Shown here: piece after piece, positions 50,402 to 63,618 of the stretch
Layout of the letters: each line of letters opens with the position of its first letter
How positions within the stretch are numbered: position 1 is the stretch's first letter
Source: Podarcis vaucheri
Lineage: Eukaryota
Length of the DNA: 64,000 nucleotides
Assembly (NCBI GenBank): GCA_965113315.1
Contig: OZ220368.1
Direction: 5' to 3' (one strand)
Position numbers and translations under genes: made by a program
The notes under the pieces: model-generated
Told to the model about the DNA's origin: nothing
Seen by the model: the letters and a program-made list of their open reading frames with translations, nothing else
Databases searched by the model: none

Positions 50402-52159
50402 CTGCAATCAACATGAAACAATAATATATTACAGACGAAAAACCAACAGCATTTTCAACTTACAGAATGCATCAAGTATTTCCACACCATGCTAAATGTT
50501 TGCATGCTTGGACTGCCCCATGTGCTCTTTTATGGTCTGCAGGGCCCAGAAGCACTTTTGTTTCTGTGTCCTTGAACTGCAGTCTAGTCCCCCCCCCCCT
50601 TTGCAGGTTGTACCATGGAAGCCTCTTCAAAAACAAAACCTCAGCAGGGAATGCAGATGGACAGTGCAACCCCCTGCAAATTTCAAGTGCAGCGGTAGGC
50701 AAAATGGTGTCCTCCAGATGTTGTCGGACTACAACTCCCATCAGCCCCGGACAGCATGGCCAATGGTCAAAGATGATCACATTTGCAGTCCAACATCTGG
50801 AAAGCACCACATGGGCTACTCCTATACTAGGAAGCAAGTCCCATGGAACGTAACAGGATTTAGCTCTGAGGCAACATGTGAAGCATTTGGTTATCTGCAT
50901 TATGACCTCTATGCTAAACTTGAAACCACTCAGGTAGCAATTTATTTTGCTTAATTTCCCAACTCCAGATTTCATGCTCAGGCATGAATAAGGCTAAATC
51001 AATGACGGCAGAGAATGCAAGCGGAGAAGGTTGCTTTAGAACCCTCCTTCTTCGTTACAGGTTTTTGATATGCAGAGCGATGGCGTAAGCAATGTATACA
51101 AGCTCTACCAAGTGCCAAGTTTGAAAAACAGCATTACATACACTGCTTATTGAGTGTTTTCCCCTCCTTCTCTTATTGGAAAAATCGCAGGCTTTCCCAG
51201 TATTTGAATTCTAAGCCTAGGAAAATCCATGTAATCTTTCCCCCAAGCTGTTCATATCAGATTGCTGGCATACCCCAGATAAATTGGAAAATTAACTAGG
51301 GAAACACTGACACATGCCAACAACTTGAGGCCGGTGTTTTAAAGCATTTTTCAATGCAAAGTGGCACTTTAAATGTTGGGCTTCTCTTACAAAACCAGTG
51401 GAAATTAAGTATAGGAGAAATTAAGTGCAGAGGTCTCTTAATACTTGTTTTCTTTTATATGCTATGGGGAGAGGGGAGTTCAGAGCTTGAACAAAAAGAA
51501 TAGCAACCAAACTCTCTGAAATTAAGTTTGAATTGCTGCTGACATGCTGAGGCTGCAATCCAAACCTCCTTTGCCCCAGGGAAGAGACTGAGCCAGCCCA
51601 AGATCTGCTGGATCCTCATTTGCCCCACTGCCTTCATCGCCTGATGGTATCAGACACATTCATGGCACCAGCTTTAAGGCTGGTAGGATTTGTCTGCCCT
51701 TCCACCCTGGCTGGTGTAAGCAACTGAGCTATGGATGCAGAAGCGACTCCACCATTATATAAAGCTGCTGCCTCAGGACTGGAATTCTAACTAGAGTTGT
51801 TTGAGAAATCTAACTTAGAGAACCCACGAGAAACTTCACTACCATCTGCAAAGCAACCATTTGCTAGGGCCAATTCATAATGGACAAAATACCTGACATA
51901 GCATTTTGCAAGCTTAATCTCTGGGGAGGGGGAGTACAATAGGGATAATAGATAAGAATGTGAAGAATGGTTTTATGTCAACGCATAATGCCTGCCAGAG
52001 GACACAGCTTACCCCCAACTTTTGTGCATGGTGGTGTCTGCCTTTCGTTTAGCCTGTAGGAAGATGGGGAGCTGGATCCAGCAGCTATGCAACCATGTCA
52101 AATACTTCTCATGGCAGCAAGATGTGCATATGCAAAATAGGAGGGATTCTTTGTAGATG

Positions 52160-52160
<1 letters not shown>

Positions 52161-52200
<40 letters not shown>
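52161..52200. repeat. (TG)20 microsatellite
   Basis: Visible directly in sequence. Confidence 0.95.
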
Positions 52201-52202
<2 letters not shown>

Positions 52203-52727
52203 GAAGCTGCCTGCAGGGGTAGGCTAAATGCTTTTATATGGGGCCCCTCCCATGGCAAAAGTTGAATTCTCCACATATAACCCAATTCCCATACCTCCCA
52301 AACTTATACTTTCAAAATTGATTAGTGACACTCAATCCCACAAAGGGTTATTTTAGTATGATGCCTGCTATTGCACAAGTTGCAACAGCTGAATTTTTTT
52401 AAAAAAGCTGTAAAGTTCAAGCTGTACGTCAGAGGCCTCAGTCAGCTATTATCTAACTAAATACAAAATCACTATGTTGTTGTCTTAGGACAGAATTGTG
52501 CCCTGCTTTGGACAACCTTCTGTTTTGTGGGTAAGGGGGCAAGGAATCATTGGAAATAAAAATGTTCAACTTGACTATTAATTTGACTTCTAACTGGAAC
52601 AATAATTGGCAAACAAGTTTGTTTCAAGGAAAGTAATTGTTTGCATGTTTTACCATTAATCCTTGCCAAAACATGAACTGCAACTTTGCAAAATTATTCC
52701 GTAAACATGTTTTGTTACTTTACATAC

Positions 52728-52821
52728 CTCTTGAAGTTTCTTTTCAATTTCTTTGAAGACAAAATCTGCCTTAAACCCATCCACAGCTGCCCTGGTGGGA
52801 ATAGCTTGGATTTGCCTATTC
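52728..52821 (-). CDS. SCP2: SCP2 coding exon (about exon 13), 94 bp
   Basis: ccatttcag| ... |gtatgt; [31 protein letters not shown]. Confidence 0.95.
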
Positions 52822-53941
52822 CTGAAATGGGAGAAAGTCACATAAAGATTTGTTAAACTTACCTGAGCGACTGTAGCGCACACCCCAAAGTGTATTTTGT
52901 GTACCCATGTGTAAGCATGGGAATGTCATCTCTTTCAATTATTTCAAATTGAAGAACCATAGATGTCTCTGTGATAAAGTGGGTAGACAATTAAAATGAC
53001 CTAAGAAGTGTGGTAAGGGGGTAACCATGACTCCATTTATATTTTTTAAGAATATTGCCCACATGCAAACAAATAAGGGTCACATAATCAAATTCTGCTG
53101 GGGTTTTTGAAACTCCTCCAGAATCCCATGGGGGGGGGAGGACATTAAAAGGAACTGAGCTTCTATCATCCTTGTAATTCAGAAGGATGGGGAGGTATTT
53201 CTCAAGTGCTTGCCCTTGCACTCACTAGAAACACAGATGAGAGAGGCATTTTGCATATTCCTTTCACCCTAATACGAGTATTTTGCTTTTTTGGAGAAAA
53301 AAATAATACACCAATATTGGGTGTGGGGACACACAATTCTGTCTGTTCACACCACATAAGCGAAATCCAATTTTCTATATTGATTAGACTAATTACTAGA
53401 GGTAATCAATCTCAGCATAGTAACTTTAACAGTAAATAGTAATTATGGCAAGTGTACAATGAAACTCTGGAACAAAGTCACCTCTCACCTAATTACCCGC
53501 TATTAACTCCCAGCTTCAGTTGCATAACCAAGCTGCATAATCAGGGAAGATCTAACAACATGATTTTGCAATTAGATAGCCAGAGGCAGCTACAATACAA
53601 GCAAAATCTAACTGACTTTATCTTCTGAAAAAGCACTTGATTTAGATGTCTGAAATTCACATTTGGCAAATCACCATCTCTGAGCCTCATCTTCCTCAGT
53701 GGATTGCTGTGATGAGAAAATGCAATATATCCTAAACCCTTGGGGAATATATCAAGATCTTAGGATAGATTGCATTATATATGTTGGGAAAGAATCTAAA
53801 TGCATCAAACGTTTAAAGGTTCATTTTTCTAGTTCAGCATGAGAAACACCATATATTGTGCTATGATGAAGAGCCTTCAGCAATTATATGATCCCAGGAC
53901 TATTTAAAATCCAGAACATTACTCGTGGAGATAGTGGCCTC

Positions 53942-54170
53942 AGAACATAAAAGCAGTCATGATAGATCAGGCTAATGGCCCGAACCTGTTCTCTCAGTGG
54001 CCAAAAAGAGGACCATGGGAAGCCTAAAACCAGGACCTTACTGCAACAGCATTCTCCACAACTGTGAATCTTAGCAACAGGTATTCAAATGCAGGTTACC
54101 TTTGACAGTGGAAGAACACAGCCTTAGATACCACAAATTTGTCCTCTTTTAAAGCCATCCAAATCTGTGA
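53942..54170 (-). mobile_element. CR1-type LINE 3' UTR fragment
   Basis: agaacataa...gatcaggctaatggccc...cagtggccaa...atgggaagcc is the reverse complement of the CR1 tail seen at 22585-22720. Confidence 0.65.
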
Positions 54171-56029
54171 GCATCATTATATGTGTAGGTCAACCTTTTC
54201 AGTGTTTTCGTCATACCTTTCAAGGAAATATCCTGGCACTATGCTACATCTTTGGGTTTCAAGTCCCCAGCTTATAACTGCTCCCCAGCCGTTCTTTTAA
54301 CCCTTCCATGCTTGCTTTTCCGGTAGACCTTGGTAGCTGAGTGCCCAGACTGTGGAATACCTTAGATGATCAAGTGTCGTTTTAAAATTAAAATTTTCCT
54401 GTTGTAGTAAGGAGATTTCTGGTAGATTTGTTTATTTACCGTAAACCCTCATTTTGGAATGTTTTTATCTGCTAAGCTTGGTTCCATTTCCAATTTCAAG
54501 GAATTGTTTTTATTTTTAATTGTTGTTAAGGTGGAAAATGCAAATGTATTAGAAGGGTGGGGTGTAAGTTTTCTAAACAAACAAATTATAGGGCATCAAA
54601 AGAACTGATTTTGTATCATAGGCCAGTTCTTATTCGGGCAGCCTGCTATGAACTATAGAGCAGCCAAGCCTTCCAACATTTGTGCTATAAAAGAGAAGCA
54701 TTTGTGAATTAATAAATAGAATTATTAGCATAGATTCCAGCATTAACATTTCAGAGGGCTGAAGAGCAAGTTCCTCTGCTCTAAAATGCAAAGCAGCAAA
54801 GCACTTCTGTGGAATGAAAGCCTGCAAATCCAGTGTTATGTGTATTGTTAAACCCAGTTTTAAAAGCGAGAGATCTATAGATGAAAATGGAGACCAGAGT
54901 GCATGCATGAATGTGCATGTGAGTGTGCAGAAGTGTGTACAAAGTGCAAATATGAGAGTCCTTAGGAGAGGCCAGCTGAAGATTGGCAATTACTCCCACA
55001 CGTAAGGGCTTTACAACCCTGAAACAGCCAAACCCAAACAGCCTCCGCTCAAAGAAACCTTTCATTAATTTGATAGTAATCAATCAGTGTTTCTTACTCT
55101 TGCTCATATGAATTAAACGTCTCTAAAGAAGTTTATCTTCTAGCGTGGGTGGCTCTCACTTGACTTGAAAAACATTTCCAAGATCCCACTGAATCTCCAC
55201 AAAACCCAAGTTGGAATACAGGAGGAGGAAAATCCAGGTTGCAGTGTAAAAGTACGCGACAAACACCTGTGACTTGCTTCACTATCGGCAAGAAAATCTA
55301 CAAAAGAATTTATGAAGCTTAGGTATATTTCCTGCAATCTAATTTTAATGGCTTTTAATGTGGAACCTTTAGGATGTTATTTGAATCTTCTCAGCAGCCA
55401 AATAAAACAGAAACCCACAGGCAGTGAACTGTGAGTAATTTGCAAGCCAATTTCCTTACTATGTATGCAGAAATATTGAGACTTTAAAAAAAAAAAGCAT
55501 GCACAGTTTATAGCCCTCGTCTCCACTGCCTGTTTTTAGTTTTCTAAATCGTTTTGAAACTGCCAGCTCTGCACATTCCTTTAACTGTTGTTTACTTTTA
55601 AGTTTTTGTTTTCTTGTTTCAACATGGAACCAGACTTCAGAGAACATGATTAAGACACAGCAATTCTATCCATAACCAAAACCACAATTAAAGTTTCCAG
55701 TGGCTGAAGAAACCAGAGTAGCTGGCCCTAAAAAAATAAAATGCTGAGCCACAGATTTGTATTTACAAGCAGTATCCTGCCTGCTATAAAGAAACAAAAG
55801 GACCTCCAACTTTCTCCTTGTTTAATTAATTTGGTGTTAAAGCAGAACACATATGCAGAAATAAGCCACCAATATCATGCAACAGAACATGGGATTTCAA
55901 ACTATTTAGTTCTGTATGGCAGTTGTCTGGATACGATTCTATATTCAAAGTAAATGAGATAAGCTGAGTAAGATTACAAATAATAGGTCTGGAAAAGAGG
56001 GTGCACACACACAAAAATTAAAAGCTCAC

Positions 56030-56183
56030 CTTGCAGCCTCAGGAAAGCCCATTCTGTACAGAGTTATGACCACAGCACCTCCAAGGCCCAAGTTATGCTG
56101 CAAAGCAACCTTTGCACAGGGAACCTGCCTCTTTCCGGCTTCTCCTCTTAGCTGCCAGCAGAGTTCAGCACACTGAGCCAGAC
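56030..56183 (-). CDS. SCP2: SCP2 coding exon (about exon 12), 154 bp; contains the internal ATG (56052) of short pro-SCP2
   Basis: gcattag| ... |gtgagc; [51 protein letters not shown]. Confidence 0.97.
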
Positions 56184-59100
56184 CTAATGCATCAAATGCA
56201 GAGAATGTAGATCAAGCTGTATTAAAAGAGCATCATGCTGTTTCATTACGCCCAGCCGAGAGGAAGCAAAAGAAAGTGGGTCAAATGTTTGAGCAATCAG
56301 AATGAATCCTTTATGCTTAAAAGATACATTAAAGCAACAGCTATTAACACAAACCTTTAAACAGTAAATGTTTCAATATATACCGAGTGACTGGGAAACA
56401 AAATGCCGTTCCAAATTTCATGTGAGGGTGGATTGTAGTATATTTTTCCTGTTTATTAAAATATTGGAGCTCAAAGCCAAGCCTGTACATGTTTATTCAG
56501 AAGTAAGCTTGTTTTGTTCAATGAGCTTCATTGCTAGCTTAAATGTGCATCAGATGGAAGTCTTAGAAAATCCTCCAAACAAGTTTTTAGTAACTTCAAA
56601 ATTTTAAGATAGATGCCTCTTCTTGCCACATATTTCAGAACAGCTTATTTCAGACACACAACCACAAAAGAATGCATAATAAAAATCACCACTACCACCA
56701 GTGAAAAAACAGACTCTGAATAAAGCCTCTGTATGGCTTAAAGTTTCCTCTAAAAGTTTTCCTCAGAAATCAAGCCTTCTGACTCACAGCACGCTTGGAG
56801 TCGGGGTATTCTTTAGAAAGCATTTTTTATGACACCGAGGCAACTCTAGTGCATATAACCTAGCTAATACATTGTTTTCCTAAGACGTCCTATCAGTCTC
56901 CTTAGGTTGGATTCTTAAACAAATTAATTCCAAAGCTTGTAGTCCTCAAGATACATAGTTGAACGGCAACTTCCACTACCCCTGAGCACTGGCTACCCTG
57001 GAATCTGGGCCACCACAGTTTAGCCACCCTTGCTACAAACAATAGATCTGCCACTTAACTTCAGCTGTGATCACATTTCAGCTATTTAGGGGTAAATGAA
57101 ACTTGGCAATGAGATGTGGTGGTCCAGGAACCTCAGATATGACACACCCATTGCATCTCTTTCCTCCTTGCCGGCACCTGTTGCAACCCCCCTCACCAAT
57201 GCTGCCTGGTCATTTGTTAGGAAGAAAACTGGAGGGTGTGTTATCAGGGGAGTGCAGCCGCTCCTTCTCTTCACTGCCATACTTCATTCACTTGCCTGCC
57301 CTGGGCTACAATAAGGGTGGGAGGAAGCAGGAGAAAAAGCAGCAGCAAGGACTCTTGGCTACAGACCCCCTTGCAGAAGTGTGGGCCTTTCCAAGTGCTC
57401 AGCCATGCCAACCCCTGGCACGGGCCCTGCCAAGAAGCACTCCAATAATGAAGTGTCAATCAACCCAAGGGCCATTTATGCTAGTTTATATGGCAAAACA
57501 CACCATCAATTGCTAATGGCAGGAAAAGCCAGCCAGCTGAACATGTACTCCCCTTCACAGTTAATAGTGCTGCAATGTATTTTCCCATTTAAAGGTTTGT
57601 TTTGTAAACTCGAGACTTGAATTTGATCTAAGTTCAGGATATGTGCAGTCCATTTAGAGTCCCCCTACATGTCACAGATATCCCTTCTAAACTCCTAAAT
57701 CCTATTCTGTGTCACAGCGCCTGCTCAATTTCCACTGTGATCCATTAGAGAGTCAAGGCTACACCAATGTCAGTCCAGAGCTTTTCAAGTTCGCCTTGCA
57801 GGATGTAAGACAGTCACCTCTCCCAAGACAAATGAGGAAATAAAATAGCTGCCTTCCAAGAACCACCTATGGAGCCAGAATGCAATTATTAGAACACCCA
57901 AAGCAAGTCTGCCTTCTCATAGTAGCTCACAAACTAGGCCATCGCTTCTTGAAGACATCCAGCTTTATTCCTGGCCAGGATGTGATCTCTTTCAGAATAG
58001 GAAACCTGTGGCCCTCCAGATGTTAGTGGACTTCAACTCCCATGAGAGTTGGGATCCAACAACATCTAGAGGGTCACAGTTCCCCACCTTCAACTACACA
58101 AGTGGAGAATATCTACTATAATATAAAGACTAGAAACCAAACCATAATGACAAAGCAGTCAAGATGCTACTGTGTGCTGTAAGTCCCATCTCTCAGGGGC
58201 AGCTCTTAGCTCTCAGGATGTTGCCAAAAGACTAGCTCAAGAAGGTGGAGGAAGATCACCTCCTGCACACAGACTAAGCAGTAAAAAGTTGTGGAGTGAC
58301 AAAGTTTCTACAGCATAGGAGATTGCATCACTCTGACCAAAGAGTGATCTCCCTCCAGGATCAATGCTGAAGTCAGCCCAAACAATTATGCAACTTCTGT
58401 CAAACCCTTGTTTGCACAGAACTGCAGGGCTGAAGTCCAACTTTCTGCACACCAGCAGAATCCTTGGCACCCTTAACACTCTAGCCCTCAATGTTCAGAT
58501 TACAAGGAGGCCCAGTAAGGATGCACAGAAAAAATTGTTCCATGCCAGAGATCATAACGAACTTGTTCAAATGTATGGTTCAATATTTTAAAGGGCTGAT
58601 AACTTAACTGATAAATCCCTGCCACCACTTTTGAAAGAACAGATAGTAAATTAGAGGGCTGCATTGCTTATTGAGGAGGTAGACAGCAATCTACTATAGC
58701 ACACAAGTCCAAAGGATCCATGTCCAAATTTAAGTTATTGTAGTAATGGGGAGGGGGGCAAAATGTGACATTTCTACTTTAGACCTTTCTACAAGTTCCT
58801 ATTAAATTTTAAGAACTTGGCTTTCTTAAAAAAAGTTCCCAGTATTATTTTTACAATTTTTATTATCACTGTTTAAGGTTGTTAGTCACTTTACACCACT
58901 GTCTCAAAGTAACTTACAAATAATAGAAAAATATGCAATATATGAAAAACAAGTTAATTAAAAGCAAAGCACAGTAATCTGGCCATAACAACAACCCTTC
59001 TATCTCAGGTCTAACCACAGGTCTAACCACAAGAGACAGCCCTCAAAAGGATGAATATATACCCCACCAACCACTGTAAAGATAAACAAAATACTCAAAT

Positions 59101-59799
59101 GCCTGGGGAAAAAGTGGCATCTTTGCCTGTGGCCAAAAGGATATCCGTGTTGGTGGCTGGTGAGCCACCCTGAGGAACAGCGTTCCACAGGGCTCATGAC
59201 TGCAAAAATCGGTGGAAGAAATGATAAACAATCTAAGTTAAATCAACAGGAGTCCCAAGTCTTGAAAGTTTTTCCAAGACAAAATCAAATCACATCTTAC
59301 AGCAATCTTTAAAACAGGATTGACTCTAGAATAAGCACAACTTTATCCATCCATGATGTCCATGAATAGGGTGAATAGGATGGAAACTGGAGAAACATCA
59401 GCATTGTGCTGAAACTCATGCAAAAAGTCACAAATTATCTGCAATGTTTCAGTTCATTCTGAGTTCCTATTATGGGCTGTGCTTTACTAATAAACCAGCT
59501 GTGGACTTCTCAGTCAGTGTAGACAATACTGAACTAGTTGGGCCACTGTCTGATTTTCTCCCTGAAACAATGGCAGCTTAAATCTGCTAAAAAGCATCAC
59601 ATTTTTGATGAAAAGTTTGCAAGAGCTTCAAAATGCTAAAATTTTGGCAAGCAGATCAGTTTCTGTTTAGGATGAAAACATCAAACACGGATGTGTGAAA
59701 TGTTTTTTCCCACTGCCATTCCATGGGTGGACTTGTGACAGAAAGAGACATGATGCATTTCTCAGTGACACTCAGCAAGGATTAATGCTAATAAATGAA

Positions 59800-60157
59800 G
59801 GGACGCGGGTGGCGCTGTGGGTTAAACCACAGAGCCTAGGGCTTGCCGATCAGAAGGTCGGCGGTTCAAATCCCCAAGATGGGGTGAGCTCCTGTTACTC
59901 GGTCCCTGCTTCTGCCAACCTAGCAGTTCGAAAGCACCTCAAAGTGCAAGTAGATAAATGGGCACCGCTCCGGTGGGAAGGTAAACGACATTTTCATGCG
60001 CTGCTCTGGTTCACCAGAAGTGGCTTAGTCCTGCTGGCCACATGACCTGGAAGCTGTACGCCAGCTCCCTTGCCCAATAAAGCAAGATGAGCGCCGCAAC
60101 CCCAGAGTTGTCTGTGACTGGACCCAATGGTCAGCGGTCCCTTTACCTTTAACTTTT
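59800..60157 (+). mobile_element. Full-length Sauria (POM-type) SINE in SCP2 intron 11
   Basis: Highly similar to the 22228 copy; ACCTTT tail; atgaa TSD. Confidence 0.95.
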
Positions 60158-60798
60158 ATGAAGTGTTAAAGCATGGAACAAAGCTGAATAATTCAGAAGC
60201 CTGTGCAGCACTCCCAGTCCAAAGGAGGTCATCTGGTCCACAAGTTGCCAGGGCAAGACACTCAACCTGCCTCCTCCCTAGCCTACTAGAAGCAGATGCT
60301 TGTACCCATGAAAGCAGGAGAGGGAGAAACAAAGGTTGGTATTCAATTACTGCCTCTCGTCAGTGCAGGGATTCCCATTTGTGCAGGGGACTTCCTTGCC
60401 CTCAATGTGTGCCCCTCTGCAAATCCACTAGAGAAGCAGAAATCATTGCATTGATGGAATTTTCACTTAGCATTACGTTGGACTCCACCCAAAGAAGGAT
60501 TTACCGGCCCTGTGATTTAAGAGTGCAGTTTGATCCATGCCTGCTCACAAGTGAAATCCCACTGGGATTTACTCCCAGGTTACAGAATATAGGACTGTAG
60601 TTCAGGAATACCTGGAGACTATGGCAGGCAACAAAATCTCTGCAATTCAGCCTTGTCAAAATGGCAGATCAGCAAATCCAGTAGTTACTGGCAACTGTTC
60701 TAAATCAAGTAAAAGGAGGACTAATAAAAACCTGGCTCAAAGTAACACACAAACACGTTTCCCATATGCAAATAGATAAAAATATTACATTGAGTTAC

Positions 60799-60906
60799 CT
60801 GTGGCACCCAGTGGATGCCCTTTTGAAATCAAGCCGCCACTCGGATTTATGACCCATTTTCCACCATAGGTATTGTCTCCTCGGTCAATCAGCTCACCAG
60901 CTCCTC
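60799..60906 (-). CDS. SCP2: SCP2/SCPx thiolase exon (about exon 11), 108 bp
   Basis: ctcttttag| ... |gtaact; [35 protein letters not shown] contains the thiolase GHP motif. Confidence 0.97.
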
Positions 60907-61019
60907 CTAAAAGAGAGAGGATAGATTAATAATACATGCATCTTAAATTAAATCCCCTAGGTACACATAGATGTTATCTAGTTGAAAGGATTATGAGACT
61001 CGCCCTATTCATCAATATA

Positions 61020-61188
61020 CCGTATTTTTTGCACCATAACACTCACTTTTTTCCTCCTAAAAAGTAAGGGGAAATGTCTGTGCGTGTTATGGAGGGAATG
61101 CCTACGGGTGGCATGCCTACGGATTTTCCTCCTCTAAAAACTACGTGCGTATTATGGTCGGGTGCGTGTTATAGAGCGAAAAATACGG
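61020..61188. mobile_element. Tc1/mariner (pogo-like) MITE, 169 bp
   Basis: TIRs CCGTATTTTTTGCACCATAAC / GTTATAGAGCGAAAAATACGG, TA flanks, CpGs retained (young). Confidence 0.9.
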
Positions 61189-63470
61189 TAAGTTGTTGAG
61201 CTCCTCTCTTCGCACACAGGCTTCCCATAAGCATCTGGCGCTGAACTGGATGGGCAGGCTCATTTTATGTTCTTACATAAACTTGTCCAACACATATGAT
61301 CAGATATCAAGCCACACTTCAATTCACTGTTCTAACGCAACTTATGTTTTTGCTTTTGGGGTTTTTTTTGTTGTTTTTTTTTTGCTTTAAGAAAAATCCT
61401 AGGAGGCACAAAAGTTTGCATTAAGTTCAATAAATCTGACACTCTTGCAGTTAATACAATGTAATAGTGGGGAGATGAGAGGGCTTCATTAGGCACTACG
61501 GCATAATGGCTTTAATTTGAAGCATATAGCCTGTGGTCCTGCCACCAAGTTCTTCTTGGAAATAAACCTTCCAGCAAAAAATATTCTTTCTGAGAAATGT
61601 TACAGCTAAGCCTATGGAAGCCTTTCTGAGAAGCAGAAGCTTTGGGAAAGTTCTCAACCCTTTGCCTGCCTGCCACAATTAAAAACCCTGCAGGGAGAAA
61701 ACTGGGACGGAGGAGCAAGAGGCAGGAAAAAGGTTAAGCATCCCTTCAGTCCAAACTGGCTCTGCTCCAGGTGATCCACTCCCAAAGCAGCTTTGCGCTG
61801 GGGAAAACAATCACAAGGCATTTGTCAAGGATGCAGAACTGAGGGTCTTTGGCTGGGATTAGCATTGCCTATACAAGATGCCACATCACCAACAACCTAC
61901 GCAAAACACAGAGAACAAAGTGACATGTGCACTGAATGAAGTGCCATTTCTCAACAATTCCCAGACACTGAAAGGACCAAACTGACATACTCCACAGAAT
62001 GCAGGGAGAAAGGATTAATGGCTGGCAGAGGATTACAAAGCCAACCATTTTAAGATAACTCACCATCAACATAGGAAAAGAGGGGTGTTTATATATTGAT
62101 AAGTATAGAAAATATCTGAGCCATACTGGATGCCAACACCCCAACTTAAAGGGGGGGAGGGAACCACTGATGAGTCACTGACTAAAAGATACTTGAAGTT
62201 TTGCTAAGAAAAATAGATGCAGATTCTGCAGCCTTTTCTGTTGGATTCCAAGTGTTCTCCTTTATTATGACCACATACCCCCCCTAGTGGCATGAAGAGG
62301 AACAACATTCATAATTGATTTTTGGTAAACGGTAAGGGATTATTGACCATAGACCTAAGTATATGCAGGTCATATTGAACGTAACAGTCAGGAATAATTC
62401 TGCAAATGGCAGGTGTGTGTTTATGCCTAATCGTGTCTCCCTAGTCCAAATCCACTACTCTGTCCTGAACACCATACTAGCATAGTGCATAGAAGTTGCA
62501 AAGGTTGCTTTCTGATGCCCTCGCAAGCAGCCTGTCAGCCCCACAAAGATTTCCCACGAGATATTGTGGACCTCTATCTCAGAAGGTTCAAAATCCATGC
62601 TATAAATCAAATTAGGTTTTTTGCCTTTGCTTTGCATTTACTTACATAGAATCTCATTTGCCATTTTGTTGCCTGTTCAACCAAGTCTGGAGAGTTGGGG
62701 ATTTTTCTATCTTGAATCATTTTGTGTCCTCTGCAAGCTTAGCTAGAGGACTGGCCATTGCGAACTACAGAGCATTTTTAAAAAGTTGAATAGAACTTGT
62801 CCTAATTAGGGTTGGGGAGCAATTTGATTCAGGCCTCATTTAAAATCTCATCTATTGAATTCTCACTTTCCAAAGCAAAATGCAAACTGCAACACACCTA
62901 TCTTTCGAAATTCACACCTCTGAATTTTGCTGTGCAGTTTGCCAAGCAACATTTGTTACAAAAAGGGAAAGTGTGCATAAAAATGTACTGTGAAAGTAAC
63001 ACAAAAATGCATTATATTAAGTGAAATCGTTTGCAAAAATATTTCTACAGTAGTCAAAACAGCATAGAAAACGGGTTTATTAGGAGAAAATTGCACTAAA
63101 ATACTGGTGAATTTTAATGAGGATTAAAAAAATAAGTCACTAATTGCTGCAAAATGTGGAGAACTAAATTTAAGTCTGGAAAAATGAGACACTAAGAGAA
63201 GCAAAATTCCCTAGTCTCAATACAGACCCTGGGGAAAAGCCCAGTGTGTAATACTCCCTATTTCTAAAGCTACGCATTATTCACAACAAGAAAGAAAGAG
63301 TAAGAAAGAGAAATAAGCCCAGCTTCAGGAAGCATGTGGGCAGGGCCTCAGGCTGTATGCTTCTGTCAACTTACCTTTCCTCCAGAGGTCAGCTTTGAGG
63401 AGTTAACTGGGGACTTAAGTGAATTAAACTGTAGGCTGGATTGTGCCCAATGTTAATATTTAAAGAATAC

Positions 63471-63618
63471 CTTCAGGACAAAGTCCCAGAGCTTCGTAGG
63501 TTATTAATTCATTAGCAGAGAAACAGTCATGAAGTTCTATCACGTCCACATCTTCTGGTTTCAGGCCTGCTTTTGAATAACATCTTTTTGCAGCCTCCTT
63601 TGTCATATCAAAGCCAAC
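63471..63618 (-). CDS. SCP2: SCP2/SCPx thiolase exon (about exon 10), 148 bp; upstream exons lie outside the window
   Basis: gttaatag| ... |gtattc; [49 protein letters not shown] contains the SCP2-thiolase HDCF motif. Confidence 0.97.

Noticed and set aside
62167-62190. Hammerhead-like CTGATGA-GTC-act-GAC-TAAAA
   Set aside because: The GAAA box is broken and no helix I or III partners can be found
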